Shown: piece by piece, positions 46,422-47,268 of the stretch
How the letters are laid out: every line of letters starts with the position of its first letter
Position numbering within the stretch: position 1 is the stretch's first letter
Assembly (NCBI GenBank): GCA_038231515.1
Contig: JBBRLF010000003.1
Location: 1 to 47,268 of the forward strand
From: a candidate division WWE3 bacterium
GTDB taxonomy: Bacteria > Bdellovibrionota > UBA1018 > UBA923
DNA: 47,268 nt
Direction: 5' to 3'
Notes under the pieces: model-generated
Told to the model about the DNA's origin: nothing
The model's database searches: none
What the model saw: only the letters and a program-made list of their open reading frames with translations
Made by a program: the position numbers and the translations under genes

Positions 46422-47221
46422 AATATCTTTCTCGCCTCTTCGACGTTGGCCACCGGCCGCTGCAAAGTTGCCGCAAGCTGCGTGATGCGCTCGACGAGCT
46501 GCGCGTTGCTCTTGGCCAGCACGCCCTTGGACCAGTAAACGTTGTCTTCCAAACCCACGCGCACATGCCCGCCCATGACAATGGACTGGGCTGCCACGGG
46601 TAGCTGGTAACGGCCAATACCAGCAGCGGTCCAGGAACAGCCCGGAGGCAGCGCATCGGCCATGCGACAAAGATTGCGCGCTTCACCTGTGATGCCGTGT
46701 CCAGTGCCCAGCACGAATTGAAAATGCGAGGGGTCGGGGATCACGCCTTTTTTCATGATTTTGAGCGAGTACTCGAGCATGCCGAAATCATAAACTTCGA
46801 TTTCGGGACGAATCTTGAGCTCTTTCATGCGCGCGGCCAGAAACTCGACGTCCTTGGGCAAGTTTAGAAAAATCTCATCGCCAAAGTTAATTGAACCCGT
46901 ATTCAGACTGGCCATCTCGGGCTTGAGCTTCAAGGGCGCAGCGCGATTCTCGATCTTCTCGCCTACAGCTCCGCCCGTGGAAATCTGGATGATGACCGGA
47001 CATTTTTTTCTGATCTTTTCGATTGTTTCCTGAAACCGATCCACGGACTGACTGGGCTTGCCCTGGTCATCGCGCACGTGCAGATGAATGACCGACGCGC
47101 CGGCCTTCCAGCAATCATAAGCCGCCTGCGCCTGCTCGTCCGAAGTGGTGGGCAGCGCGGGATTTTGATCTTTGGTGGTTTCGGCACCCGTGACGGCACA
47201 GGTGATAATAAGTTTTTCCAT
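46409..47221 (-). CDS. kce: 3-keto-5-aminohexanoate cleavage enzyme (BKACE/DUF849)
   Basis: IITCAVTGAE, IHLHVRD, QISTGG, VRVGLED. Confidence 0.92.
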   Translation of the reverse strand: MEKLIITCAVTGAETTKDQNPALPTTSDEQAQAAYDCWKAGASVIHLHVRDDQGKPSQSVDRFQETIEKIRKKCPVIIQISTGGAVGEKIENRAAPLKLKPEMASLNTGSINFGDEIFLNLPKDVEFLAARMKELKIRPEIEVYDFGMLEYSLKIMKKGVIPDPSHFQFVLGTGHGITGEARNLCRMADALPPGCSWTAAGIGRYQLPVAAQSIVMGGHVRVGLEDNVYWSKGVLAKSNAQLVERITQLAATLQRPVANVEEARKILCLV

Positions 47222-47268
47222 TGGTTCTCGAATCTAGCGCCACTGCGTCAGCGCAGCAACCTTTTCAT

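Noticed and set aside
47234-47268. Possible 3' end of an upstream gene (..EKVAALTQWR*)
   Set aside because: Only about 10 codons are visible, too little to call.

Overview
A gene-dense bacterial chromosome segment. The gene content (spoVG, DUF1844, PilT, PilZ-like proteins, many orphan lipoproteins and beta-barrels) suggests a Bdellovibrionota/deltaproteobacterial-type organism, which is an inference only. The left ~4.8 kb is accessory: a 5'-truncated RHS gene whose C-terminus carries an L,D-transpeptidase-fold (Tlde1/DUF2778-like) toxin motif, a coupled signal-peptide-bearing candidate immunity gene and a DDE transposase. The rest is mostly core: M28 peptidase, xerC divergent from trmFO, lemA-TPM-TPM, GT2, a GIY-YIG nuclease, a Doc-type Fic protein, spoVG, htpX-DUF1844-degP-clpB, endonuclease IV, a PilZ-like/lipoprotein/GAF/PilT cluster, peptidoglycan recycling (anmK, murU, amgK), LysM, dNK, receiver-TPR, a D-cysteine desulfhydrase with an in-frame TAG, lptM-lysA-dapA-dapB, etfBA-fadF, threonine dehydratase and kce. 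The main non-obvious signals are the RHS cell-wall toxin/immunity pair, a 149-bp TA-flanked palindromic element that supplies the stop codons of two convergent genes, a recurring leaderless-mRNA signature, a dead M48 peptidase upstream of amgK-murU, and the internal amber codon. No rRNA, tRNA or CRISPR array was seen. All calls come from motif recognition by eye; no searches were run.
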